Part shown: positions 8,210 through 16,310 of the stretch, piece after piece
Numbering within the stretch: position 1 is the stretch's first letter
How the letters are laid out: each line of letters opens with the position of its first letter
Assembly (NCBI GenBank): GCA_944392665.1
Contig: CALXXJ010000001.1
Coordinates: forward strand, 96,754-160,753
Direction of reading: 5' to 3'
From: an uncultured Clostridia bacterium
GTDB lineage: Bacteria; Bacillota; Clostridia; TANB77; CAG-508
Length of the DNA: 64,000 nucleotides
The notes under the pieces: model-generated
What the model was told of the DNA's origin: nothing
Database searches by the model: none
Seen by the model: only the letters and a program-made list of their open reading frames with translations
Position numbers and translations under genes: made by a program

Positions 8210-9010
8210 CTATCGTTCATCTTGCGGAATTTCATCTTCTTGTAAAATATGTTCCTCTGTAAGTGTCATATGCATTTTGATTTCTCCACCTATTAAGTCG
8301 TCTAAACATTCAGGATCATCTCCCTCTACCCAGACAACAACAGTCCATTTATCAATATCGCCTACTTCGAAATTTTCTGTTAAATCTAACATAACAGTAT
8401 CTTCATCTTTAAAAGGTGTTGTCTCAGGTTCTGGTTCTCCTGTTTCTCTATTATTTTTTGCATAAACTACTCTTTCGCCATTTTTAAATACCATAACTCT
8501 AATTGCTTCATCTACATTTCTTACAACATCATCTATTTTTATGGTTGTCCAATAATTTATAGTGTCTTGTCCCATATTTTCTGCATAAAATGTATATGCT
8601 ATGTAATTTCTACCATTATGTGAGCCATTTCCTTCATTATCTATATTTTCTGGCAACCAATTTATAGAAATATCTGTAAAAAATTCTATGTCTTTTGATC
8701 TTAAAAATGTTCTTGTATATTTATTTTCTGGGTCTTCATAGATAACTAATCCACTTTCTCTTCCATATTCACTATCTAGTGTTACTGTAAAATTTTCTCC
8801 TTTATAAAATATGGATAATACGATATATACATTAACTAAAAGTAATATAACTAGTACTAAAAATATTTCAAAGGCGATACGTCTTTTGTTTTTTCTTTTT
8901 TCCTTTTTTGCCTTCTTTTCTAGTTTTTCACCAAGTGTTGCTTCATCAATTTGTTCTTCAAGTGTTGGTGTATCTTGCATTTGCGTATTTGTTGTTTCTT
9001 CATTTGCCAT
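8210..9010 (-). CDS. Membrane-anchored extracellular protein sharing the C-terminal W[LV]EG.D..C motif with the TasA-like paralogues
   Basis: Acidic/basic cytoplasmic N-terminus, one TM (IAFEIFLVLVILLLVNVYIVLSIF) and an extracellular domain ending VVWVEGDDPECLDDLIGGEIKMHMTL. AGGTGA RBS. A consensus promoter lies upstream. Confidence 0.75.
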   Translation of the reverse strand: MANEETTNTQMQDTPTLEEQIDEATLGEKLEKKAKKEKRKNKRRIAFEIFLVLVILLLVNVYIVLSIFYKGENFTVTLDSEYGRESGLVIYEDPENKYTRTFLRSKDIEFFTDISINWLPENIDNEGNGSHNGRNYIAYTFYAENMGQDTINYWTTIKIDDVVRNVDEAIRVMVFKNGERVVYAKNNRETGEPEPETTPFKDEDTVMLDLTENFEVGDIDKWTVVVWVEGDDPECLDDLIGGEIKMHMTLTEEHILQEDEIPQDER

Positions 9011-9059
9011 ATTATCACCTAAGTTCCTCTAAAATATTTTTTCAACATTTTATACTAAA

Positions 9060-9088
9060 ATTATACTTAGTCTTATATTTTTTGTCAA
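9060..9088 (-). promoter_or_regulatory. Consensus sigma-A-type promoter (TTGACA-17-TATAAT)
   Basis: Minus-strand reading: TTGACA (9088..9083), 17-nt spacer, TATAAT (9065..9060). It lies ~45 nt upstream of the 8210..9010 start. Confidence 0.6.
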
Positions 9089-9099
9089 CGAATTTGTTA

Positions 9100-9132
9100 T
9101 TACATTTTTGTTACATTTTTGTTACATTTTTC
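9100..9132. promoter_or_regulatory. Three perfect tandem 11-bp repeats (TTACATTTTTG) immediately upstream of the -35
   Basis: Read directly. The 11-bp phasing of T5 tracts suggests curved DNA, an UP-like element or a regulator site. A related triple repeat lies at 62314..62346. Confidence 0.55.
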
Positions 9133-9181
9133 CTGTTGATGTACCATTTTTTTATAACTTATGTCCATCAAAATGTTTTAG

Positions 9182-9382
9182 TAGAATGCTGTTAAATGAT
9201 ATTGAATAAATTTTGAATGTGATTGAAGATATTTTAGAATTTGTTATTTAATTTATTGAGGGATGTTCACGGTACTCACATAGTGAGGGTCTGAGTGAAA
9301 GAGGCTCAATAAATTATGTTACAAATTCTTAAATATCGTATTGAACCGAAAAATTTATGAAATATCATTTAACAGCATTCTA
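9182..9382. repeat. ~200-bp imperfect palindrome (MITE-like element or long structured RNA)
   Basis: Perfect 22-bp termini: TAGAATGCTGTTAAATGATATT (9182..9203) and its reverse complement (9361..9382). Further arm pairing occurs at ATAAATTTT, GATATTT, AGAATTTGT and TAATTTATTGAG. The GC-richer apex is GGGATGTTCACGGTACTCACATAGTGAGGGTCTGAGTGAAAGAGGC. Confidence 0.65.
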
Positions 9383-9393
9383 ATAGAATATTT

Positions 9394-10098
9394 TTATGTA
9401 TCTGCATTTGGATGAATCATAGAACTTGTTATTTTTACAGTTATTTCAATTGCCTTAGAAGGATCATTTGCTTCATCTTGATAATATTCATAAGCACCTT
9501 TTCCAAACTTTGTATCTAAAATATCTTTAGCTAGATTTTCATCTTCTGTTCCATTACCTTGATACTCCCAGCTTGCCTGATACTTGAAGGTTGCTCCAGC
9601 ATTTGGCGTTGTCTCATCATCTTTATATTCTCCATCCAATCTTGCTCTATCATATGTATAACTGATATCAAAAGGATATTCTGTATCATCTGCAAATATA
9701 TGTACTGTATTCCCATCAGTTTGAATCATATTATTTTCTTTTAGTTGATCTAATACCTCTTGTCCAAACACTTTTACAGATGTTAATTCATATTTAATAC
9801 TTGTACTTGTTGTACTCATATTATATATGCGCACAATATCTTCTCTATCAGGCATACCTGGATATAATTCATCTATTGTGAATGTAACACTCTCATCTAA
9901 CATTTCCTTGTCGTCTACATAATATCTAACATCCCAGGGTGTTATATTTGCTTCCAATCCACTCATATTAACTGGTTCATTTGCATTAAACCATGCATAG
10001 GTATTTATTATTAATATTACAGAAAATATCGTAATTAATAGAATTCTAGCTGGAACACTTCGCTTTTTAATTCTTCTAATTTCACGTAATATATTCAT
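9394..10098 (-). CDS. TasA-class secreted protein (SipW-cognate signal TYAWF)
   Basis: N-terminus ARILLITIFSVILIINTYAWFNANEP. GGAGG RBS. N-domain homologous to the N-domain of 2669..4351. Confidence 0.8.
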   Translation of the reverse strand: MNILREIRRIKKRSVPARILLITIFSVILIINTYAWFNANEPVNMSGLEANITPWDVRYYVDDKEMLDESVTFTIDELYPGMPDREDIVRIYNMSTTSTSIKYELTSVKVFGQEVLDQLKENNMIQTDGNTVHIFADDTEYPFDISYTYDRARLDGEYKDDETTPNAGATFKYQASWEYQGNGTEDENLAKDILDTKFGKGAYEYYQDEANDPSKAIEITVKITSSMIHPNADT

Positions 10099-10113
10099 AA
10101 TACCTCCATTCTA

Positions 10114-10962
10114 TCATTTGTTTTTCCTATTTCTTGTATTTTTCTCTTGTGATTTATTTTTTGTAGTATTTATTGTTTTATCATAATATTGTCTCATCTT
10201 TTCATTTATTAGATTTTCAATATTCTCATCATCATCCTCTTTTATTTCTTTATCTTCTATATCATCCTCTGTAACATCATAAGCTTCTTCTATATCTTCA
10301 TCTGCCTCTTCTGAAATATCTTCTTCCATTTCTTCTATGTCTTCCTCAGAAAAATCTTCATCCAGTATATCACCGGTATTAGCAATTTTCTTTTTTTTAC
10401 GCTTCTTTTTTGTTTTTTTAGGAGTATTAAATGCTATAAATACATTTAACACTAAAATAATAACGATAGCAAATATAGAATATATATTGGTTGCTAAATC
10501 ATACAATATTGTCAAAATACTTGATCTATATGTTACAACACCATATATTTGGTCTTCTCTAATTTGAGGATCTTCAACACTATTACTTTGTAAACCTTTT
10601 GCATGGAAAATCAAGTCGCCATTTTCATCTGTATCAATTGCGACAACATTATGCATGATGATTTTTCCTGAATATTCTCCAACTCGACCTAAATATACAA
10701 TATCATCCCCGACTTTAATATCTTTAGGATTTACTTCTTTACTAATAATCACTTCTCCTACTTCATATTCAGGCTCCATACTTCCAGTGATAACTCTAAA
10801 TATTTTATATCCACCTATTGATTGATTATTTGCAGATATTCTTTGTAAAACAATTACCATAGTTAAGATTAAAGCCATTATGACAAGTATTTGATATAGT
10901 ATAATTAGTACTGTTTTTATTATTTTTTTTGCATTAATTTTTGGTCTATTATCCTCCATCAT
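10114..10962 (-). CDS. SipW-type signal peptidase I paralogue with long acidic/basic C-terminal tail
   Basis: TM, then ITGSMEPEYEVGE (catalytic Ser box), MHNVV (His box with N in place of R), AKGLQSN..EDP, a second TM, then KKTKKKRKKKK and a D/E-rich tail. Confidence 0.75.
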   Translation of the reverse strand: MMEDNRPKINAKKIIKTVLIILYQILVIMALILTMVIVLQRISANNQSIGGYKIFRVITGSMEPEYEVGEVIISKEVNPKDIKVGDDIVYLGRVGEYSGKIIMHNVVAIDTDENGDLIFHAKGLQSNSVEDPQIREDQIYGVVTYRSSILTILYDLATNIYSIFAIVIILVLNVFIAFNTPKKTKKKRKKKKIANTGDILDEDFSEEDIEEMEEDISEEADEDIEEAYDVTEDDIEDKEIKEDDDENIENLINEKMRQYYDKTINTTKNKSQEKNTRNRKNK

Positions 10963-10965
10963 AGT

Positions 10966-11589
10966 TTAACCCTCTATCTTATAATTATCTCTCAATTTTT
11001 TTATTTCATATTTTTTTCTTTTTATTTTTCGACTATTTATCACATTGTCTCTAAAATTAATCAAAATGCATATAATCACTATCAAGATACATACATTTAC
11101 AAATCCCCTTACATTTTGTATGTAATTTACTATTTTTCCCACTTTCGGAATAACAAAAACAGCTTTACCATATATATTTTGCATATCTACTGGTTCTTTA
11201 TCTTCTACTTCGTTATTATCACCTTTCGTAATAAATTTCACTTCTCCTTTTTCTTTTGTAATATCTTCGATTCTATGTGAAATCACTCTATCTTCTTGTT
11301 TAAATGTGATAATATCCCCTTCTTTTAGTTCTTCTGTGTTACAACTTTTTACAACAGCTAAATCATCTTTATAAAATGTTGGCTCCATACTTTCAGAAAC
11401 AATGTTAAACATATATATGCCAAAAATATGTTTTTCTTCTTCTATTGATAAGATTAAATTCACTATAAAAAGAACGATTAAAATAATCAATATAATAAAC
11501 TTCACTATCTTTTTGGTTCTTTTTTTATTTTTTATTTTATGAGAAATTTTCTCAACATCATATTCCAATTTTGTTCTCAGCCCCATCAT
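10966..11589 (-). CDS. SipW-type signal peptidase I paralogue (canonical motifs)
   Basis: VSESMEPTF, VISHRIEDI, TKGDNNEVEDKEPV and a C-terminal TM. This is the S26B archaeal/ER-type layout seen in Bacillus SipW. Confidence 0.8.
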   Translation of the reverse strand: MMGLRTKLEYDVEKISHKIKNKKRTKKIVKFIILIILIVLFIVNLILSIEEEKHIFGIYMFNIVSESMEPTFYKDDLAVVKSCNTEELKEGDIITFKQEDRVISHRIEDITKEKGEVKFITKGDNNEVEDKEPVDMQNIYGKAVFVIPKVGKIVNYIQNVRGFVNVCILIVIICILINFRDNVINSRKIKRKKYEIKKLRDNYKIEG

Positions 11590-11669
11590 TTTCTTTTGTC
11601 TTTTATTGTATTAGAAAAATCAGCTCTTATTTTGGAGTCCATGCCAGATTTTTCCTGTATACAACAAGG

Positions 11670-13289
11670 TTAAAATTTCTTTATCATTTCTTTTACATTC
11701 ATGATATATTCTAAATCTTTAATAGAAAATTTGCTTTTTTGAATATTATTATAATTATTTATAATTTTTACTTTTCTAATTAAATCTTCTATACTATCTT
11801 CTTCAAAATTTTCTTTTGAAATTTGCATTCCTAATAATTTATATTTATCTTTTATGATAATTGATAATTCTTTAGTATCACTTATATTTACATGATTGAT
11901 TACTGTAAAATTAGAAAAATTAACAAACTTTCTTATTTTTTCAGCTTTTTCTCCAATTTCTTTGTCTGTGATATCTTCATTATTTTTTATCATTACCTTA
12001 GCCATATATCCATAATAACTACTTGCAAATTTTATAACATCATATAATGATGATGTTTCATCTAGGTTTTGAAGTATTTTTTGTTTTATCATTTCTTCAT
12101 CTAATTGCATATATGTCTTTTTCAAATCTAAAACCAAATTGTTTCTTTGTAAAATAGCAATACTGTCTTTCTTTTCTTCTTTTTTTCTATCAAAAAATCC
12201 TTTATTTGGTTTTTCAATTTTAGCATTTAATTTAAATATTTCTGTTTGTAATTTTTTGATTTCTTCTTTTATTAACTCATATTGTGTTTTCTTAACTTTT
12301 TTATCTTTGTTGGCTTCTGCATTTTTTAATAATTCTTGTCTTGTTTGCAAAACCTCTTCTACTAAGAATTTATATTCCAAATATTTTGCATATTCTGTTA
12401 AATTCGTATTTAATTTATCAATATTTTCATCTATTTCTCTCTTTTCAGTTTCTGATAATTTTGTAACATCTTTATTGGTTAATTCTAAATATATTCTCTT
12501 ATAATTATCTTCTTTATAATCATTAATATTTAGGCTACCTGTATAAAATTTGTCAAGAATGTTTTTGTTGTCTGTTTCTTCTATTTGATTTTTTTGTTTA
12601 ATTAATTCTGCCTTTTTTTCTTCTACACCTTCTAATGTCAAAGAAAGACTTTTTAGGATTTCTTGTGCTTTCTCATTATAAAATTTGTCTATTTGGTTTT
12701 CATATCTGTCATAAATATATCTTATATTAACATATAAATGTGATACCACTTCTGAACATTGCCAATATACTTTTTCAAAAGTATTTTTTACAGCTTCTGA
12801 ATTAATATCCCCTTCATATGCTTCTCTTAATAGAACTTCCATATATTTTTTTGCATATTCACTAATACAAAAATCTTCAGCTGTTAGCTTGATTCCTACT
12901 TTTTCAAATTGTTTTACACTAAAAATAAGTTCTTTGTTTAATCTTTCTAAATTGCTCTTATAGTACCCATTTACATTATATACGACACGATCTAATCCCA
13001 TTTTTTCAAATGAAGAACGTGTATCTGTATTTTTTTCAGCCATGTCATATTTTAATATTTCTTGCTCTAATTGAGGAATCTCTTTATTTTCTTCAACTGT
13101 CGTTAATTCAGTATATCTATCTTCTATTTCTTTTAACAATTTTTCATTAAGATTTTCGTATTTTTCAGTCATATCACTTATGGTTTTTAATAATGTTTTG
13201 ATTGCTTTTATCCCATTTCTTGGTAGTACTGAAATGACTTCTTTATCTGTTGTAATTTGTTTTTCAATATTTTCTACTAACTCTTTCAC
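11670..13289 (-). CDS. Cytoplasmic coiled-coil protein, unknown function
   Basis: 539 aa, K/E-rich heptad-like sequence, no TM or signal. GTG start at 13289 with GGAGG 7 nt upstream. The start overlaps the stop of a small upstream ORF (GTGA). Confidence 0.7.
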   Translation of the reverse strand: MKELVENIEKQITTDKEVISVLPRNGIKAIKTLLKTISDMTEKYENLNEKLLKEIEDRYTELTTVEENKEIPQLEQEILKYDMAEKNTDTRSSFEKMGLDRVVYNVNGYYKSNLERLNKELIFSVKQFEKVGIKLTAEDFCISEYAKKYMEVLLREAYEGDINSEAVKNTFEKVYWQCSEVVSHLYVNIRYIYDRYENQIDKFYNEKAQEILKSLSLTLEGVEEKKAELIKQKNQIEETDNKNILDKFYTGSLNINDYKEDNYKRIYLELTNKDVTKLSETEKREIDENIDKLNTNLTEYAKYLEYKFLVEEVLQTRQELLKNAEANKDKKVKKTQYELIKEEIKKLQTEIFKLNAKIEKPNKGFFDRKKEEKKDSIAILQRNNLVLDLKKTYMQLDEEMIKQKILQNLDETSSLYDVIKFASSYYGYMAKVMIKNNEDITDKEIGEKAEKIRKFVNFSNFTVINHVNISDTKELSIIIKDKYKLLGMQISKENFEEDSIEDLIRKVKIINNYNNIQKSKFSIKDLEYIMNVKEMIKKF

Positions 13290-13423
13290 GATTTTTCCTC
13301 CTCTAATTTTTTAACAGTTTCATATTCACCATTTAAAAATTTTAAAAAGCTTTCTACTTGTTTTTGGGTATCTAACAATTCATCATTTTCTAAATTAGAT
13401 GTTTTTATATTTTTTAATTCCAC
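13286..13423 (-). CDS. Candidate 45-aa small ORF, translationally coupled to the 539-aa gene
   Basis: Own translation: (GTG)ELKNIKTSNLENDELLDTQKQVESFLKFLNGEYETVKKLEEEKS. GAGGTG lies 6 nt upstream. Its TGA stop overlaps the GTG start of the next gene. Below the ORF-track length cut-off. Confidence 0.25.
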   Translation of the reverse strand: MELKNIKTSNLENDELLDTQKQVESFLKFLNGEYETVKKLEEEKS

Positions 13424-13458
13424 AAAGCTCACCTCTTTTACTTTTATCTTTTATTTTA

Positions 13459-14169
13459 TTAAGTTGTTGTTTCTTCTTCTGGTGGTATATATTGTGTAAA
13501 TGTCATTGTTGCTCGATATTTTAATGTTGTACGTAATTCATTTTGAGAAGTATTATTTTCAACTTGATTTGTCGTATCTTCATTTGTTGTATTATCATTT
13601 GTTGTATTTTGTTCTTCTCCTCTAAACTGGGTATCTGCTCTATTATCCATGGTACTTCCTTCACCGTCATTCCATCTAAATAAGACTCTGATTTCTCTTT
13701 TCTTCTCTCCTGCGCTATTTACTTCAGTTGTTGGATCAATAATACCTTTTATCTCGCTTGTTTCTGTTATGGTATGATCATCTCCATCAATAACTTCATA
13801 CCCATAGATTTCAAAATCCTCTAGTGGTGTTTCATTTAGTTGCTCTATAGAAAATTCATATTCAAATACAACATCTACCTCTGTATAATCTATTAACATT
13901 TCAAAATATCCAGTTTGTCCAGGCACTAAAATATCAGGATTTACATTTTCATTTTCTACAATGATAGGTTCCATTACTTCATTTAGTGTTTCTGCCTCAT
14001 GGACAATTTTATCATTTACTTTAACTAACCATCTTTTGATATTTGTATTATATGTTGTATCTACCTGTTCAAAATATCTCGCATAGGTTCTTTGTATAGA
14101 AAAAATGGTAATGATTAAAGAAATTACACATAATATTTCGATAATTCTAACCTTATTTTTTTTTCTCAT
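13459..14169 (-). CDS. Small anchored or secreted protein, TasA-related class (TYARYF signal end)
   Basis: N-terminus IIEILCVISLIITIFSIQRTYARYFEQ. Contains VPGQTGYFEMLIDY, resembling the PG..x.F beta-sandwich motif of TasA/camelysin-like proteins. N/T-rich C-terminal region. Confidence 0.7.
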   Translation of the reverse strand: MRKKNKVRIIEILCVISLIITIFSIQRTYARYFEQVDTTYNTNIKRWLVKVNDKIVHEAETLNEVMEPIIVENENVNPDILVPGQTGYFEMLIDYTEVDVVFEYEFSIEQLNETPLEDFEIYGYEVIDGDDHTITETSEIKGIIDPTTEVNSAGEKKREIRVLFRWNDGEGSTMDNRADTQFRGEEQNTTNDNTTNEDTTNQVENNTSQNELRTTLKYRATMTFTQYIPPEEETTT

Positions 14170-14246
14170 TCCTTTTCCTTTCCATTTTTTTTCAATTTTT
14201 CTTTTATGTACTCTTCTTTTTCGTTTTTCTTCGGTTATTGCTTTTA

Positions 14247-15098
14247 TTAATTTTCTCTTTCGATTTTCCTTACCCTTCTGTTTCTAAAAAATCTAAATGC
14301 TACATATATTGTTAGTGGTAATATTCCACAGAAATAGAAAACATATTTATTATTTAATAACATACAAATAAGTGATAAAATATACATTTTTGTTTGAACC
14401 ACACCATTTATTTGTTCTTCACTTATGACAGGATCTTCTAGATTGTTAGCAATACCTTTTGTATGGAAAACTCTTTTACCATCAACTTCTTCAATATCCA
14501 CAACCCTGTGAGTTACAAGCATTCCATTCATTGTACCTGTGTTTCCTTCATATGTCACATCATCACCAATTTGAATTTTATCTGTATCTACTTCTTTTAC
14601 TAATATTACATCACCAATTTGATATTTGGGAATCATACTTCCAGTCTGTACTCTAAATATCCTAAATCCTAAAAATGACTCTTGGTTATTTGTCACTTTT
14701 TGTACTACTATAATGATAGAGACAAATACAATAGCAATCGTTAGTATTTTTACAAATATATTCCAAATAAATGTGAAAACTCTGCTTCCAGTTTTTCTGT
14801 CCATTTTTATCCCTGTTGTTGTTCCCACCTTTGATTCTTCATTTTTTTCCTTTTCTTTGCTTTTTATTTCATTATTTTTTGTTTTACTTTCCTTTTCTTC
14901 ACTTTTTGTTTTACTATTTTTTATCTTATCTTCCTTTGTTTCACTTGTTGTTTTATTATTTTTTGTTGTGCTTTCCTTTCCTTTAGCTTTTGAGTCATCT
15001 TTTTTGGTTTTGCTTTCTTTTTTTACAGTATTTTTTTTAGTCTTGACCGCACCATTTTTGGTTTTCTCTTCTTCTCTTTTGTCCTTCTTGTTTTCCAT
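14247..15098 (-). CDS. SipW-type signal peptidase I paralogue with ~95-aa K/E/T-rich N-terminal extension
   Basis: QTGSMIPKYQIGD, LVTHRVVDI, TKGIANNLEDP and a C-terminal TM. Its start abuts the stop of the upstream gene (15098/15099). Confidence 0.75.
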   Translation of the reverse strand: MENKKDKREEEKTKNGAVKTKKNTVKKESKTKKDDSKAKGKESTTKNNKTTSETKEDKIKNSKTKSEEKESKTKNNEIKSKEKEKNEESKVGTTTGIKMDRKTGSRVFTFIWNIFVKILTIAIVFVSIIIVVQKVTNNQESFLGFRIFRVQTGSMIPKYQIGDVILVKEVDTDKIQIGDDVTYEGNTGTMNGMLVTHRVVDIEEVDGKRVFHTKGIANNLEDPVISEEQINGVVQTKMYILSLICMLLNNKYVFYFCGILPLTIYVAFRFFRNRRVRKIEREN

Positions 15099-16220
15099 TT
15101 ATTTTAACCTCACTTCTTTTGCTTGTATCATATATTTTTCAATTCGTTCTTTAAATCTATCTTCTATAGGTTTTAAAGAAATTAATTTTTTCGTTTTCAT
15201 CACCAAGATTTTTTCTGAAATTAATTTATTCAACTCTTTCTCTGTCATATCTGGATTTAATTCTATAATTCTTTCTATCATGGCATCTGTTAATTGTTTT
15301 GCCAACTTATTATCTTCAACACCTGATTTTGCTTTTCCTTTTAATGTATTACTATCATCTGTCTTTCTAAAAATAGAATGTAACAAAAATATGTCTTCAT
15401 CTACTAATTCCTTTACAATTCCTTTTTCTTCATATTGACTCGTCTCATTAACTGTTTTATCATTTAATTCCATTTGCTCACTTAAATAGTTCCATAATTT
15501 TACAGCATATTGAAAGTTAACATTTTTTAACAAAACATTTGTCATTTTTAATGGTGCTTTTACATATGTTGCTTTTTTGGCAACCAATGTTTGATAAACC
15601 TCAGTTTGTTTTAACATTTTTAAAGATCTTTCTATACTTGCTATTCTCTCTGCTGTTTTTTCTGTCTTTGTAATCCCTGTTATCCTTTCAGACTCATATT
15701 GCATCTTTACATTAATTTTTTCTTTTCCTAATTTGACTTCTGCTTGATAATCTGCTTTTTGATGATTTTTCCCTTTATATTCTTCATCATCTTGTTTTTT
15801 TCTTAAATACATATAATCTTCAATTAGTTTTATTAATGTATATAAAAATCTATTTTCATAATTAAGAAAAGTTTCTTCCTTATAGGCATTTAAAATCTTT
15901 TTAGGTGTTACTTCTCCACTTTTTTGATTAAATCTATCTACTAGATTTACATGTTTTGATAAATGTTTTACACTGTCTACTGTTACTTTTTTAATTAATT
16001 CTATTTTGATAATTTCTTCTTCTGTAACAATATTTTTTATTTCTTTCGTTAATGCTTTTTCTAAATATGGAATCGTAAATTCAACCATATCCATCCATTC
16101 ATCATTTTCTACAATATGGCTTCTATCTACATCCATCATTAACTTAGAATCAATTTTACTAAGAAACTTTGTTGAATTTTCTTTTTCCATATTGGCTAAT
16201 TTCACAATATTTAAGTCCAT
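15099..16220 (-). CDS. Cytoplasmic protein with possible McrC/DUF2357-like N-terminal region and no recognisable nuclease motif
   Basis: ETFLNYENRFLYTLIKLIEDY resembles the (D)TxENRF(L/V)K motif of McrC/DUF2357 partners of McrB-type AAA+ proteins. It sits directly downstream of the McrB-like gene. The ATG at 16220 (GGAGGG RBS) is preferred over the tracked TTG at 16241, which lies inside the palindrome. Confidence 0.6.
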   Translation of the reverse strand: MDLNIVKLANMEKENSTKFLSKIDSKLMMDVDRSHIVENDEWMDMVEFTIPYLEKALTKEIKNIVTEEEIIKIELIKKVTVDSVKHLSKHVNLVDRFNQKSGEVTPKKILNAYKEETFLNYENRFLYTLIKLIEDYMYLRKKQDDEEYKGKNHQKADYQAEVKLGKEKINVKMQYESERITGITKTEKTAERIASIERSLKMLKQTEVYQTLVAKKATYVKAPLKMTNVLLKNVNFQYAVKLWNYLSEQMELNDKTVNETSQYEEKGIVKELVDEDIFLLHSIFRKTDDSNTLKGKAKSGVEDNKLAKQLTDAMIERIIELNPDMTEKELNKLISEKILVMKTKKLISLKPIEDRFKERIEKYMIQAKEVRLK

Positions 16221-16233
16221 TTTTCCCTCCGAG

Positions 16234-16308
16234 GTTGCCAAAGGGGACGGGTTGATTTGGCAACTTTTTTTATGTAAGTTGCCAAATCAACCCGTCCCCT
16301 TTGGCAAC
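16234..16308. promoter_or_regulatory. Perfect 32-bp inverted repeat (75-nt hairpin) filling the intergenic gap
   Basis: GTTGCCAAAGGGGACGGGTTGATTTGGCAACT (16234..16265), an 11-nt loop, then the exact reverse complement (16277..16308). Contains the GGGGACG core of the dispersed repeat. Confidence 0.85.
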
Positions 16309-16310
16309 TT

